Positions 56,263 through 64,000 of a DNA stretch of 64,000 nt are shown piece after piece. Each line of letters starts with the position of its first letter. Within the stretch, counting starts at the first letter, position 1. The stretch is from a virus. The stretch covers positions 4,123 through 68,122 of IMG/VR virus record IMGVR_UViG_3300037225_000351. One strand, written 5' to 3'. Below the pieces are notes generated by a model, which did not search any database, was not told the DNA's origin, and saw only the letters and a program-made list of their open reading frames with translations. The translations under genes and the position numbers were made by a program.

Positions 56263-56439
56263 ATGAATATCAGTGCTTTGAATTCTGCAGGAGAGAGCGT
56301 AAATATTGTAAGTATAGTTCCGAATGGCTGTCAGATTTATGTAAGTTACTTGGATTCATCTAATAATCTTAAAGTTGATAGATTATTTTTGTCAGGTAAT
56401 AATGATATAATCGCTACAAGTGCTTCAATAGTCGCATAA
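56263..56439 (+). CDS. Small late protein (58 aa)
   Basis: Below the ORF cutoff: MNISALNSAGESVNIVSIVPNG...ATSASIVA, with RBS and late promoter. Confidence 0.6.
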   Translation: MNISALNSAGESVNIVSIVPNGCQIYVSYLDSSNNLKVDRLFLSGNNDIIATSASIVA

Positions 56440-56452
56440 GAAAAGGGCAAAA

Positions 56453-56893
56453 GTGGACAGAGTAAAAGACAATAGCAACCTTGACGCAATTATTACTTGG
56501 ATCTTCCTCAAAAAGATGTGTTCTCCTATTGTCAAGACACCAGCATATCTTTTAGGAATTGTGAATGCGAGTGGCAAAAAAATAAAAAATCCAAGTACAG
56601 AAGAAGAAAAAATAGCTTATACGACACTTGATGAAATAATTTATTGGATCAAGAGAAACCTAGGTGGAAAAATATCGGTGCTTAATCAATTTCTCTATAC
56701 AATTACTTCAGGGAATTCATTTTACAATAAGTTGCTGGCTGTAGGAAACGTAGAAACTCGTGCGGAAATTATAAGAATCAAAAAAGATATCTCACGTCTC
56801 TCAGAATCTTTAGGATATACTACAGAGGGACTTTTAAAAATGATGATTGCAGACGAAGTAGAAATATTAAACGAATCAAAAGTAAAGGACTAA
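56453..56893 (+). CDS. Conserved T4-like head-region hypothetical protein
   Basis: FLKK...AYxLGIVxxxGK...AYTxLD pattern. Confidence 0.6.
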   Translation: MDRVKDNSNLDAIITWIFLKKMCSPIVKTPAYLLGIVNASGKKIKNPSTEEEKIAYTTLDEIIYWIKRNLGGKISVLNQFLYTITSGNSFYNKLLAVGNVETRAEIIRIKKDISRLSESLGYTTEGLLKMMIADEVEILNESKVKD

Positions 56894-56897
56894 CACA

Positions 56898-57335
56898 ATG
56901 CCATCAGAAACTATTATAAAGCTCGGCCAGTTATCAAAGAAATCTCCTCAGTCTGTAGAGCAAACATATAATTCTCTAATGGATCAGATGAAAAAATCCA
57001 ATTCAATCTACAAGAGATACGAACAACAAAAAGACCCTCTTCAAAAAAATAAATTGTACGGGGAATTTATGGCATCTTTTATGCTTGAATTAAAAAAGAA
57101 ACTTGGAATACAAAAAGATCTGCAAGTAGAAGATGTCGGAGGAATAAATACAGGCAATATGGGATCAGCAACAACGGCAACAGGAGAGAAAGCACCTTAT
57201 GGAAGTTCTGCAATTTATGCATCAAAGATGGGAATGGTGAGCAGAGCAGGAAGTATTAAAAAGAATAAGAAGAAAAAGAAACATATAAGAGAATCAGAAG
57301 AATATATAAACAATCTCTTGATGAAAGGTAATTAA
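56898..57335 (+). CDS. Hypothetical late protein
   Basis: Packed ORF immediately before the portal gene. Confidence 0.55.
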   Translation: MPSETIIKLGQLSKKSPQSVEQTYNSLMDQMKKSNSIYKRYEQQKDPLQKNKLYGEFMASFMLELKKKLGIQKDLQVEDVGGINTGNMGSATTATGEKAPYGSSAIYASKMGMVSRAGSIKKNKKKKKHIRESEEYINNLLMKGN

Positions 57336-57339
57336 TCCA

Positions 57340-60300
57340 ATGTCATCTTTTTCATTAGCATCATTGTTCTCTAAGAATCGTTTCTCTCAGTTCTTCTCAA
57401 AAGGAAGAGAACACGAGGATATACAGAAGCAACAAATCCTCAAAAATGCACAAGGCGTAGATCAGTCTGAGTTGGATAGGTCCTCTTTCTTCTCCAATGA
57501 TTATATGTCAGATCCTCAGAGTACTATCACATATCTTGGAACTTCCTTTGAGCAATATCTTGGTAATAAAGTTTCTCGTATACTGAAATACCGGGAAATG
57601 CAAAATTATCCTCTTATTGGCGAAAGCATTGAGAATATTTGTGATGAGGCAATTGTAGATAATCCAACTGGTGATGTGATGTCTTTGCATATTACAGAGG
57701 AAATTCCCGAACACATTGATGAACAACTTAGAGAAGAATGGCATTATTTACTCCATGATGTGTTCCAAGTCAATGAGAGGTCATGGGACTTCTTTAAGAA
57801 ATTTATGATTGATGGTGAACTTTATATTGAATTAATTTTAGATTCCACAGGCAAAAACATCATAGGAATTAAAATTCTGCCCTCTCATACTATGATGCCG
57901 GTCTTTGAAGCAGGGGAGATTGTTTCTTATATTCAAACTAAAAAAGGAATCAATAACAGCACTGGCATAAACTCCAATAATGAACAAGAAGAAACTGTAA
58001 CTGTATTTGATAAGAGCCAAGTAGTTTATATTAATTATGGAAATGTTGGAGACAATGCCCTTGATGTTAGAGGATACTTGGATTCTGCTATTAGAGTCTA
58101 TAATCAACTTAAAATTTTGGAAGATTCTTTAGTTGTGTATAGACTTTGTTTAGATAGTGAATCTCGTGTAAGAACATCTAATGGTTACAAATATATTAAA
58201 GATATTGAAATTGGAGAAATTGTTTATACCTATTCGACTGATGGTAAAACTGAAAGAACAGAAGTCACTAATAAATGGAACAATGGAAAAAAGCAAACAG
58301 TTAAAATACGTTCAAGACACAATGAAATTATATGCACTCTTGACCATCCTATTTTAGTAAAAGATGTTGAGACAGGTAAGATTGATTATGTAGAAGCTGG
58401 AGAATTAGAAGTAAAGAAACACCAACTTGTTAATGCATCAAAGAACATTGTAGAAGATGAAGTAAAGGTTAAAATTCCTCGGATAATTGGAGAAGAAGTT
58501 GCGTGTCTTTCTGAAGAAGGAAAAAAACAATTTAAAAACATAAAAATTAAACGGACGGATTATTTTAAAGCAGGTGGAGGCAAAAAAGAAATATTAAAGG
58601 AAATATATAACGAATTAATAAAAAATCGAAATTATAAAGGAAGTTATAGAAATATAAAGAATTTCTTTTATAATAAAAAATATTATTTATCTATTGATCT
58701 TGCTGAAATTTGTTGTGAGAAGATGGGATTGGATAAATCTGTTTTATATAAAAAAAATAAATATGAATTTAATTCTGAAAGAATTAATCTTCCAGAATAT
58801 ATTGATGAAGATTTTGCCCGACTTTTTGGATTTCTTTTGGGAGATGGATGTATAGGAAAACATTCAGTACAGTTTGCTGAAGGTGAACACGAAGATGTTA
58901 ATAAAAGATATTCTGAATTATTAACTAAATATTTTGGAAGATGCACAAGACAAAACCACAAAAACAAAAAATATACTGGTTATATAGTTAATTCAATATT
59001 TGCTGCTGATTTATTTAAAAATTTAGGATATATTAAGGGATGTAAAAAGAAGAGAATTCCTGAATGGGCATTTTCTGCAAGTAAAAGTATTCGTCAAGCT
59101 CTTGTAGAAGGATTTTCTGATGCTGATGGATGTGAAAGAAAAACAAAAGCAGGAAATTGGTATTCTGTAATAAGTATAGTAAATAAAAAACTAATTGAGG
59201 ATATTAAAGAGTTGTGGTCATCTATTGGTTTGTCAAGTGGTAAAATAGTCCACAGATTTTTAAAAGAATATTATTGTAAAAGTATAGGGGCAACTTTTTG
59301 TGCTTCTGAATGTTGGTATCTTGAAATCTCTAAATTTCCTCTTGATGATTATGAAAATGTTATAGAAATTGAACAAATTGGAGAAAGAGAAGTTTTTGAT
59401 ATTGAAGTAAAATCTAATAATCAAAATTTCATAGTTAATAATACCATAGTACACAACTGTCGAGCGCCCATGCGTAGGATATGGAACATCTTTACAAATA
59501 ATATGCCACAAGGAAAAGCAATTGAATATATCAAGGGTCTCCAGCAAAAATACAAGAAGAAAATAGTTTACAATTCAGAAACAGGGGCAACGGACTCCAC
59601 AGCAAATATCATGGCATTGACAGAAGATTATTGGTTCAGCACCAACGGAGAAGGGCAGGGGTCTACTGTTACAACATTAGAAGGCACATCAACATTCCTC
59701 CAAGACTTAGATGACTTGAAGTGGATCAGAGAAAGCCTATACAAAGCATTAAAGATTCCAAATTCTCGCTGGAGTGATCCTACAAGTCAAACATATAATG
59801 TCGGCCATTCCTCAGAGATCACAAGAGAAGAAGTTAAGTTTACTAAGTTTGTTGAGAGACTTCAAAGACGATTCAAGTTTCTCTTCCTTGATGCTTTCAT
59901 AACTCAGCTTAGATTGAAGGGCTTTGACCAGACTTATACTACTCTGAGATTATATGATGTTCAGTTTACAAAATCAAATCTCTTCAAGGAATACAGAGAA
60001 CTTGAAATGACTAATACTAAATTGACAACTCTGACTACTGCGAAGGATTTGATATACTCTGAGGAAAATCCGAGTGGTATATTTGCTTTGGAGTATGTGA
60101 TGAAAAATATGGTCCTGATGTCAGATGAGCAATGGAATGAGAATAAGGAAATGTTAGATTCTCTTAAAGGAAATAAAAAGATAGAGAAGAAAGAAAAAGT
60201 CGAACCAAAGGAAGAAACTACTCCTACTGAAACTCCTACGACTACTCCAGAAGCAAATACAGGAGGAGCAGAAACAACACCAGAGACAGAGGAAGTTGCA

Positions 60301-60420
60301 GCACCGACACAAGAACAAGAAATCGCACAGGCAGTAGAATCAATTCCTGCTGAGTCAAGAACAATGAAGGGCGCGATTCTCTCAGAGTGGTTTAAAAGAT
60401 ATAAGCAAACCAGTTCCTAA
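57340..60420 (+). CDS. gp20: Portal vertex protein (gp20-like), intein-containing
   Basis: KYREM, ICDEAIV, IDG, NQLKILEDSLVVYRL/RAPxRR, EDYW, LYKALKIP and EITREEVKFxKFVxRLQ. Confidence 0.95.
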   Translation: MSSFSLASLFSKNRFSQFFSKGREHEDIQKQQILKNAQGVDQSELDRSSFFSNDYMSDPQSTITYLGTSFEQYLGNKVSRILKYREMQNYPLIGESIENICDEAIVDNPTGDVMSLHITEEIPEHIDEQLREEWHYLLHDVFQVNERSWDFFKKFMIDGELYIELILDSTGKNIIGIKILPSHTMMPVFEAGEIVSYIQTKKGINNSTGINSNNEQEETVTVFDKSQVVYINYGNVGDNALDVRGYLDSAIRVYNQLKILEDSLVVYRLCLDSESRVRTSNGYKYIKDIEIGEIVYTYSTDGKTERTEVTNKWNNGKKQTVKIRSRHNEIICTLDHPILVKDVETGKIDYVEAGELEVKKHQLVNASKNIVEDEVKVKIPRIIGEEVACLSEEGKKQFKNIKIKRTDYFKAGGGKKEILKEIYNELIKNRNYKGSYRNIKNFFYNKKYYLSIDLAEICCEKMGLDKSVLYKKNKYEFNSERINLPEYIDEDFARLFGFLLGDGCIGKHSVQFAEGEHEDVNKRYSELLTKYFGRCTRQNHKNKKYTGYIVNSIFAADLFKNLGYIKGCKKKRIPEWAFSASKSIRQALVEGFSDADGCERKTKAGNWYSVISIVNKKLIEDIKELWSSIGLSSGKIVHRFLKEYYCKSIGATFCASECWYLEISKFPLDDYENVIEIEQIGEREVFDIEVKSNNQNFIVNNTIVHNCRAPMRRIWNIFTNNMPQGKAIEYIKGLQQKYKKKIVYNSETGATDSTANIMALTEDYWFSTNGEGQGSTVTTLEGTSTFLQDLDDLKWIRESLYKALKIPNSRWSDPTSQTYNVGHSSEITREEVKFTKFVERLQRRFKFLFLDAFITQLRLKGFDQTYTTLRLYDVQFTKSNLFKEYRELEMTNTKLTTLTTAKDLIYSEENPSGIFALEYVMKNMVLMSDEQWNENKEMLDSLKGNKKIEKKEKVEPKEETTPTETPTTTPEANTGGAETTPETEEVAAPTQEQEIAQAVESIPAESRTMKGAILSEWFKRYKQTSS
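58147..59457 (+). mobile_element. Intein (437 aa) with LAGLIDADG endonuclease in the portal
   Basis: L|CLDSES ... TLDHP ... IVHN|C, with FGFLLGDG and GFSDADG blocks. Confidence 0.93.
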
Positions 60421-60434
60421 AGAATTAAAAAAAT

Positions 60435-60442
60435 TATAAATA
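60435..60442 (+). promoter_or_regulatory. T4-type late promoter
   Basis: ATTATAAATACTAA. Confidence 0.75.
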
Positions 60443-60475
60443 CTAATAAGACATTAACTTAAAGGAATTAATATT

Positions 60476-61270
60476 ATGGCTAAAGAATATTGGAACATTG
60501 TTTTTATGCAAGATGAAGCAGCCGACGAAGCAATGAAAATTCTTGAAGACAATGGAGAAGAAGCAGCATTAGAGCATTTAAAGCAATGGGATATGGGTGG
60601 AGAGAGCGAAATAGATAAAACAGATCAGGCTTGGGGATTGCGAGATGATACTTATATGAGTGGTGAATATGTTATGTCTTATAATAAAGGTTTAGGATAT
60701 ATCGGATTAGCAAGAGAAGTTAAAGATGAACAAGAAGAATATCAGAACTATCAGTCAGAACTAAGAAAAGAAATGGAAAGAAAGAAACAAACAGAAAGCA
60801 AAACTAATATGAAATCTAAAACACTCGTAGAATCCGCTCAGAGATGGTTGGATGAGGATGTTATTAAAGAAGCCAACGAATCAAATGTAAAGCTCTTTGT
60901 AAAGCATATGATCAAAGAAGTTGCAGAGGATAATTACGAGCAGGGTGAAATTGGAAAAAGAAAACTTGTAGCAGATGAGAAAATTGGAAAGAAGTTTGAT
61001 TCCTTTGATGACTTTAAGAAATATGCTGAGAAGATGTGGTACTTTATAGATGCTGAGAATGCTTGGGTTGTTATTGATAATCGGATACTCTACGATAGAC
61101 TTGAAGACGATGAAGGAAATGTTATAGAAACTTCTGATGTTGCATATAGGGAATTTAAAGAAGGCAAGAGAAATCTATGGTCTGCTTCTTATGATTTCGT
61201 TGTTGAATTGATCGCAGAAGTTAAGACAGATGAAGACTCAATTAGAGAATTTACTGGAATAAAAAATTAA
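60476..61270 (+). CDS. Two-domain putative internal head polyprotein
   Basis: Two globular-looking segments joined by LVESAQRWLDEDVIKEA; late promoter; located between portal and protease. Confidence 0.55.
   Translation: MAKEYWNIVFMQDEAADEAMKILEDNGEEAALEHLKQWDMGGESEIDKTDQAWGLRDDTYMSGEYVMSYNKGLGYIGLAREVKDEQEEYQNYQSELRKEMERKKQTESKTNMKSKTLVESAQRWLDEDVIKEANESNVKLFVKHMIKEVAEDNYEQGEIGKRKLVADEKIGKKFDSFDDFKKYAEKMWYFIDAENAWVVIDNRILYDRLEDDEGNVIETSDVAYREFKEGKRNLWSASYDFVVELIAEVKTDEDSIREFTGIKN
60827..60849 (+). repeat. 23-bp exact direct repeat, copy 1
   Basis: GTAGAATCCGCTCAGAGATGGTT, also found at 63560-63582. Confidence 0.9.
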
Positions 61271-61285
61271 CTAAGGAGAGATTAC

Positions 61286-61486
61286 ATGTCAGATTTTAAT
61301 TTGATTAAGACGGTCCTTGATAACAATTTAGTAGACCTTAAAGATTACTGCGAGAAGAACATCACAAAGCATGTCAACAATCGTATTTCAGATGCAAAAA
61401 TTAAAGTTCTCGCAGGAATTAATAATGTTTCAGTAGAGCAGATGGCAGAACAAATGGCAGTAGCAGCATCACAGGACTCCAAGTAA
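61286..61486 (+). CDS. Small prohead core-like protein (gp67/68 position)
   Basis: Size, helical pattern and position between gp20 and gp21. Confidence 0.45.
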   Translation: MSDFNLIKTVLDNNLVDLKDYCEKNITKHVNNRISDAKIKVLAGINNVSVEQMAEQMAVAASQDSK

Positions 61487-61690
61487 CTTGCATAATCTCA
61501 GAGATCAATTGGTAGATTTTTCTGTTACTGCTTTTACTTTTACTGGGAGTTCTGAGAGAGCATTTGAAGTAAGTCTGATTGGTGATGCAAGTGCTTGGAT
61601 TGATGTCTGTGAGGAATATGCGAGAGAGATTGATAACTTAGAGAATCTGCGAACTACAATAAGAGATGGAATAGATAAGGAAATATAACA

Positions 61691-62383
61691 ATGAAATTAA
61701 TACGCGAATTTGTCTCAATAAACGATCTTGAAATAATCAAAGAAGATACTGGAGAATCAACAGGATGTCAGAACAGCCCCAAAAAACAAAACTATTATTT
61801 CAAGGGCCCTTTCATGTGTGCAGAATCTATTAATTTAAATTCCCGTAAATATCCAAGAAAAGTTTTAGAAAAAGCAGTTAAAGTTTATAATGAAGAATAT
61901 GTAAAGAAAGGAAGAGCAGTTTCAGAGCTAGATCATCCGGAAACAGCTACAATAAATCTTAAAAACGTTTCGCATGTAATAACAGACTTGGGATTTAAAG
62001 ATGAAAAAGACAATCATGTTTATGGAAAAGCGAGGCTGTTAGATCCTGCTTATTTTCCGGCCGCGATGATTGCCCTCGGTTTTATAAAAGAAGGTATTAT
62101 TTTAGGAATTTCGTCTCGTGCCGTGGGGACGCTTACACAGGGCATTGTTGGAGATGACTTAACTATTATTGGAGTTGATTTATGCCTGTCGCCCAGCGGG
62201 CCTGATTGCTTTGTGGAGGGCATATTGGAGTCTAAGGAATTCGTTAAAGAGGGCAATCTTATAGTAGAATGTGCAGTAAAGAATCTCAAAGATAAAGTAG
62301 ACAAGAAATATTCATCAAAGGACTCACAGCAGAACTTAAAGTATCTCTTAGACTTCCTACAAGACATTCAAACAAAGAAATAA
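61691..62383 (+). CDS. gp21: Prohead protease (gp21-like)
   Basis: MKLIRE, GPFM, NxNxRxY, ELDHP, VSHVI, GISSRAxG and DxxxxPS. Confidence 0.92.
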   Translation: MKLIREFVSINDLEIIKEDTGESTGCQNSPKKQNYYFKGPFMCAESINLNSRKYPRKVLEKAVKVYNEEYVKKGRAVSELDHPETATINLKNVSHVITDLGFKDEKDNHVYGKARLLDPAYFPAAMIALGFIKEGIILGISSRAVGTLTQGIVGDDLTIIGVDLCLSPSGPDCFVEGILESKEFVKEGNLIVECAVKNLKDKVDKKYSSKDSQQNLKYLLDFLQDIQTKK

Positions 62384-62385
62384 TT

Positions 62386-62991
62386 ATGAATCAAGTATTA
62401 GACTATATCAACAAAATTCTCCAAGAAGACGTTTATTATAGAGATGATTATGATGCTAATGAATTTTATATAGAGAAATTTAATGGAAGTGTTGAAAGAA
62501 CTTTAAATGATGTAGTTGAAGGAAAAGTAAAGAGACAGCCTTGGTATCCTATTAAATTAGATAGAATAAAAAAGATATGGCAAGATTATACAAGGACAGG
62601 AACAATAAGAGATGAAAGTGGAGTAGATGAAATCTCTGATGATATTGTAGAAATTGTAGCAGCATTGGATGCAAATACAGTTTTAGGAGGACATACATCA
62701 CAAGATCCTAAAAGTCTATGGGAAGAAAACGAAATTGAATGGACAGAAGAAAGAGATGAAAGATTAACTGAATATTTGACAGATGAAACAGGAGCTTGGA
62801 GATTATCAGATTACGGATTAGATAAGCTTAAAGATTTAGCAATAAAATTAATGCAAGCAAAGACAGCGGAAGAAAAAGTTTTAATTATAGATCAAATATT
62901 AAACATAACTCATCAAAGATCAGATTTAGCAGCGATGATTGTAGTTGGTGGAAGAAATGCTTTGGACGAATTATCTGGAAATATAAAATAA
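62386..62991 (+). CDS. Putative internal head protein
   Basis: N-terminal amphipathic leader ending ILQED; SDYGL...HQRSDLA domain. Confidence 0.55.
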   Translation: MNQVLDYINKILQEDVYYRDDYDANEFYIEKFNGSVERTLNDVVEGKVKRQPWYPIKLDRIKKIWQDYTRTGTIRDESGVDEISDDIVEIVAALDANTVLGGHTSQDPKSLWEENEIEWTEERDERLTEYLTDETGAWRLSDYGLDKLKDLAIKLMQAKTAEEKVLIIDQILNITHQRSDLAAMIVVGGRNALDELSGNIK

Positions 62992-63016
62992 AAAATTCAA
63001 TTAGGAGAAAAATATT

Positions 63017-64000
63017 ATGGTAGAACTTTTAGAAGCAGAAGATTACATAAATGGCAAGATGAAAAAGACAATCCAAGAATCTGAAATAGAAGAATCATTA
63101 GAACCAACAGGAGAACAAATTGCAGCGAATGCCATAAGAGCTATGTTTTTCTCTAAGCAATATAACAAGAAAGTCCCAGTCAAAGACATCAATGTAATCT
63201 TGTCCTCTAAGCAATGGGATAGAGCATATGGTAGTAAAAATGTTGTAGAAGCTTGGAAGATGTTGTATAAAGATGGCTATGTCAATAAAGAAGGAAATGT
63301 ATGGGTATGGGGGATTAAATTTGATGAATCACAGACTATAGAAGAAGATCTTGATATGAACACTTTTATAGTAACGGTCAAGCACGATACAGGAACAACG
63401 AAAATAAGAGTAACTGCAAAAGATGAAAAGACAGCAAAAGAAATGATAATGAAATCTGAAAGTTGTCCTGAATGTGCAATTAAAAATATTAGTAAAGTTG
63501 ATAAAGAAACATCAGAGAAACAAATTAGCAAACAGATGAAAATTAAAGAATCTAAACTTGTAGAATCCGCTCAGAGATGGTTAGATGAAGACGAAATCCA
63601 AGAAGCTTCTCCGACTTTCCTCAAAGGTACTCACAGAACTTATGATATTCCTAATACTAATCTTACAGTCATAGGATTTGGTAGAGATCTGAACGGCAAT
63701 GAAACAATCAAAGTAGCTACACCAAATGAGAGAGTCAGAAGCTTACAGACAGGAGATGTATTTAGTGGTAGAACTGTTAGGGCATTATATTGGGAAAATG
63801 AGAGTCCTGAAGCAGTAAAGAAAATCAATGCAGATATCATAGATTATGTGAGGAAATTTGAGAAAGGAATAAGACTAAAAGTAAATGAAGAAGTAACAGA
63901 ATCTTTGAGTGTACCAGAGCAACATCAGAAAAATATTGCTCTGAAGACTTTGAAGATGAATAAAGTTGGAGCAAGTGTTATGGGAGGAATGAATCATAAA
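63017..64000 (+). CDS. Multi-domain putative internal head polyprotein (runs off the window)
   Basis: Absent from the ORF track because there is no stop in the window. AGGAG RBS; 328 open codons, MVELLEAEDY...LVESAQRWLDEDEIQEA...VMGGMNHK. Confidence 0.75.
   Translation, partial: MVELLEAEDYINGKMKKTIQESEIEESLEPTGEQIAANAIRAMFFSKQYNKKVPVKDINVILSSKQWDRAYGSKNVVEAWKMLYKDGYVNKEGNVWVWGIKFDESQTIEEDLDMNTFIVTVKHDTGTTKIRVTAKDEKTAKEMIMKSESCPECAIKNISKVDKETSEKQISKQMKIKESKLVESAQRWLDEDEIQEASPTFLKGTHRTYDIPNTNLTVIGFGRDLNGNETIKVATPNERVRSLQTGDVFSGRTVRALYWENESPEAVKKINADIIDYVRKFEKGIRLKVNEEVTESLSVPEQHQKNIALKTLKMNKVGASVMGGMNHK
63560..63582 (+). repeat. 23-bp exact direct repeat, copy 2
   Basis: Identical to 60827-60849 and in the same reading frame. 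Confidence 0.9.

Noticed and set aside
61488-61688. 66-aa TTG-start ORF between the core-like gene and gp21
   Set aside because: Weak start and no recognisable motif; it may be real but cannot be supported from the sequence alone.
60827-63582. 23-bp repeat as a CRISPR repeat or DGR template/variable pair
   Set aside because: Only two copies 2.7 kb apart, both in frame within CDSs. Flanking differences are mostly synonymous, and no reverse transcriptase or cas gene is in the window.
1-64000. Alternative genetic code (TAG or TGA reassignment), as found in some large phages
   Set aside because: Core genes are full length in code 11, and TAG (nrdJ, gp41), TGA (primase, polymerase) and TAA all end genes right next to the following start.

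Overview
This AT-rich window is a segment of a large T4-like (Tevenvirinae-related or jumbo) dsDNA phage genome using the standard genetic code. Bases 1-48 kb are a minus-strand early/replication arm. It carries gp45/44/62, class II RNR, RNase H, gp4, two RNA ligases, RuvC, primase, gp32, gp41, UvsX, a C5 methyltransferase, PolB, a B12-radical SAM enzyme, two glycosyltransferases, gp47/gp46 and gp55, driven by nine copies of a TTGAC-N17-TATACT promoter. Bases 48-64 kb are a plus-strand arm with a nucleotidyltransferase, a candidate origin, UvsY/UvsW, gp14, portal and prohead protease, with T4-type TATAAATA late promoters. The region holds four LAGLIDADG inteins (RNA ligase, NDT-family enzyme, PolB, portal), three free-standing homing endonucleases, and an intact IscB whose omegaRNA appears to begin at the gp32 stop codon. 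Most notable observations: (1) modular head-region polyproteins sharing a LVESAQRWLDED linker rich in gp21-type cleavage motifs; (2) the IscB/omegaRNA apparently guided by the gp32 3' end; (3) a C5 methyltransferase whose motif IX sits in a nested +1-frame gene; (4) an MTase + B12-radical SAM + glycosyltransferase grouping around the polymerase that may be an O2-independent DNA hypermodification route. All calls come from motif reading and synteny; no database searches were run.
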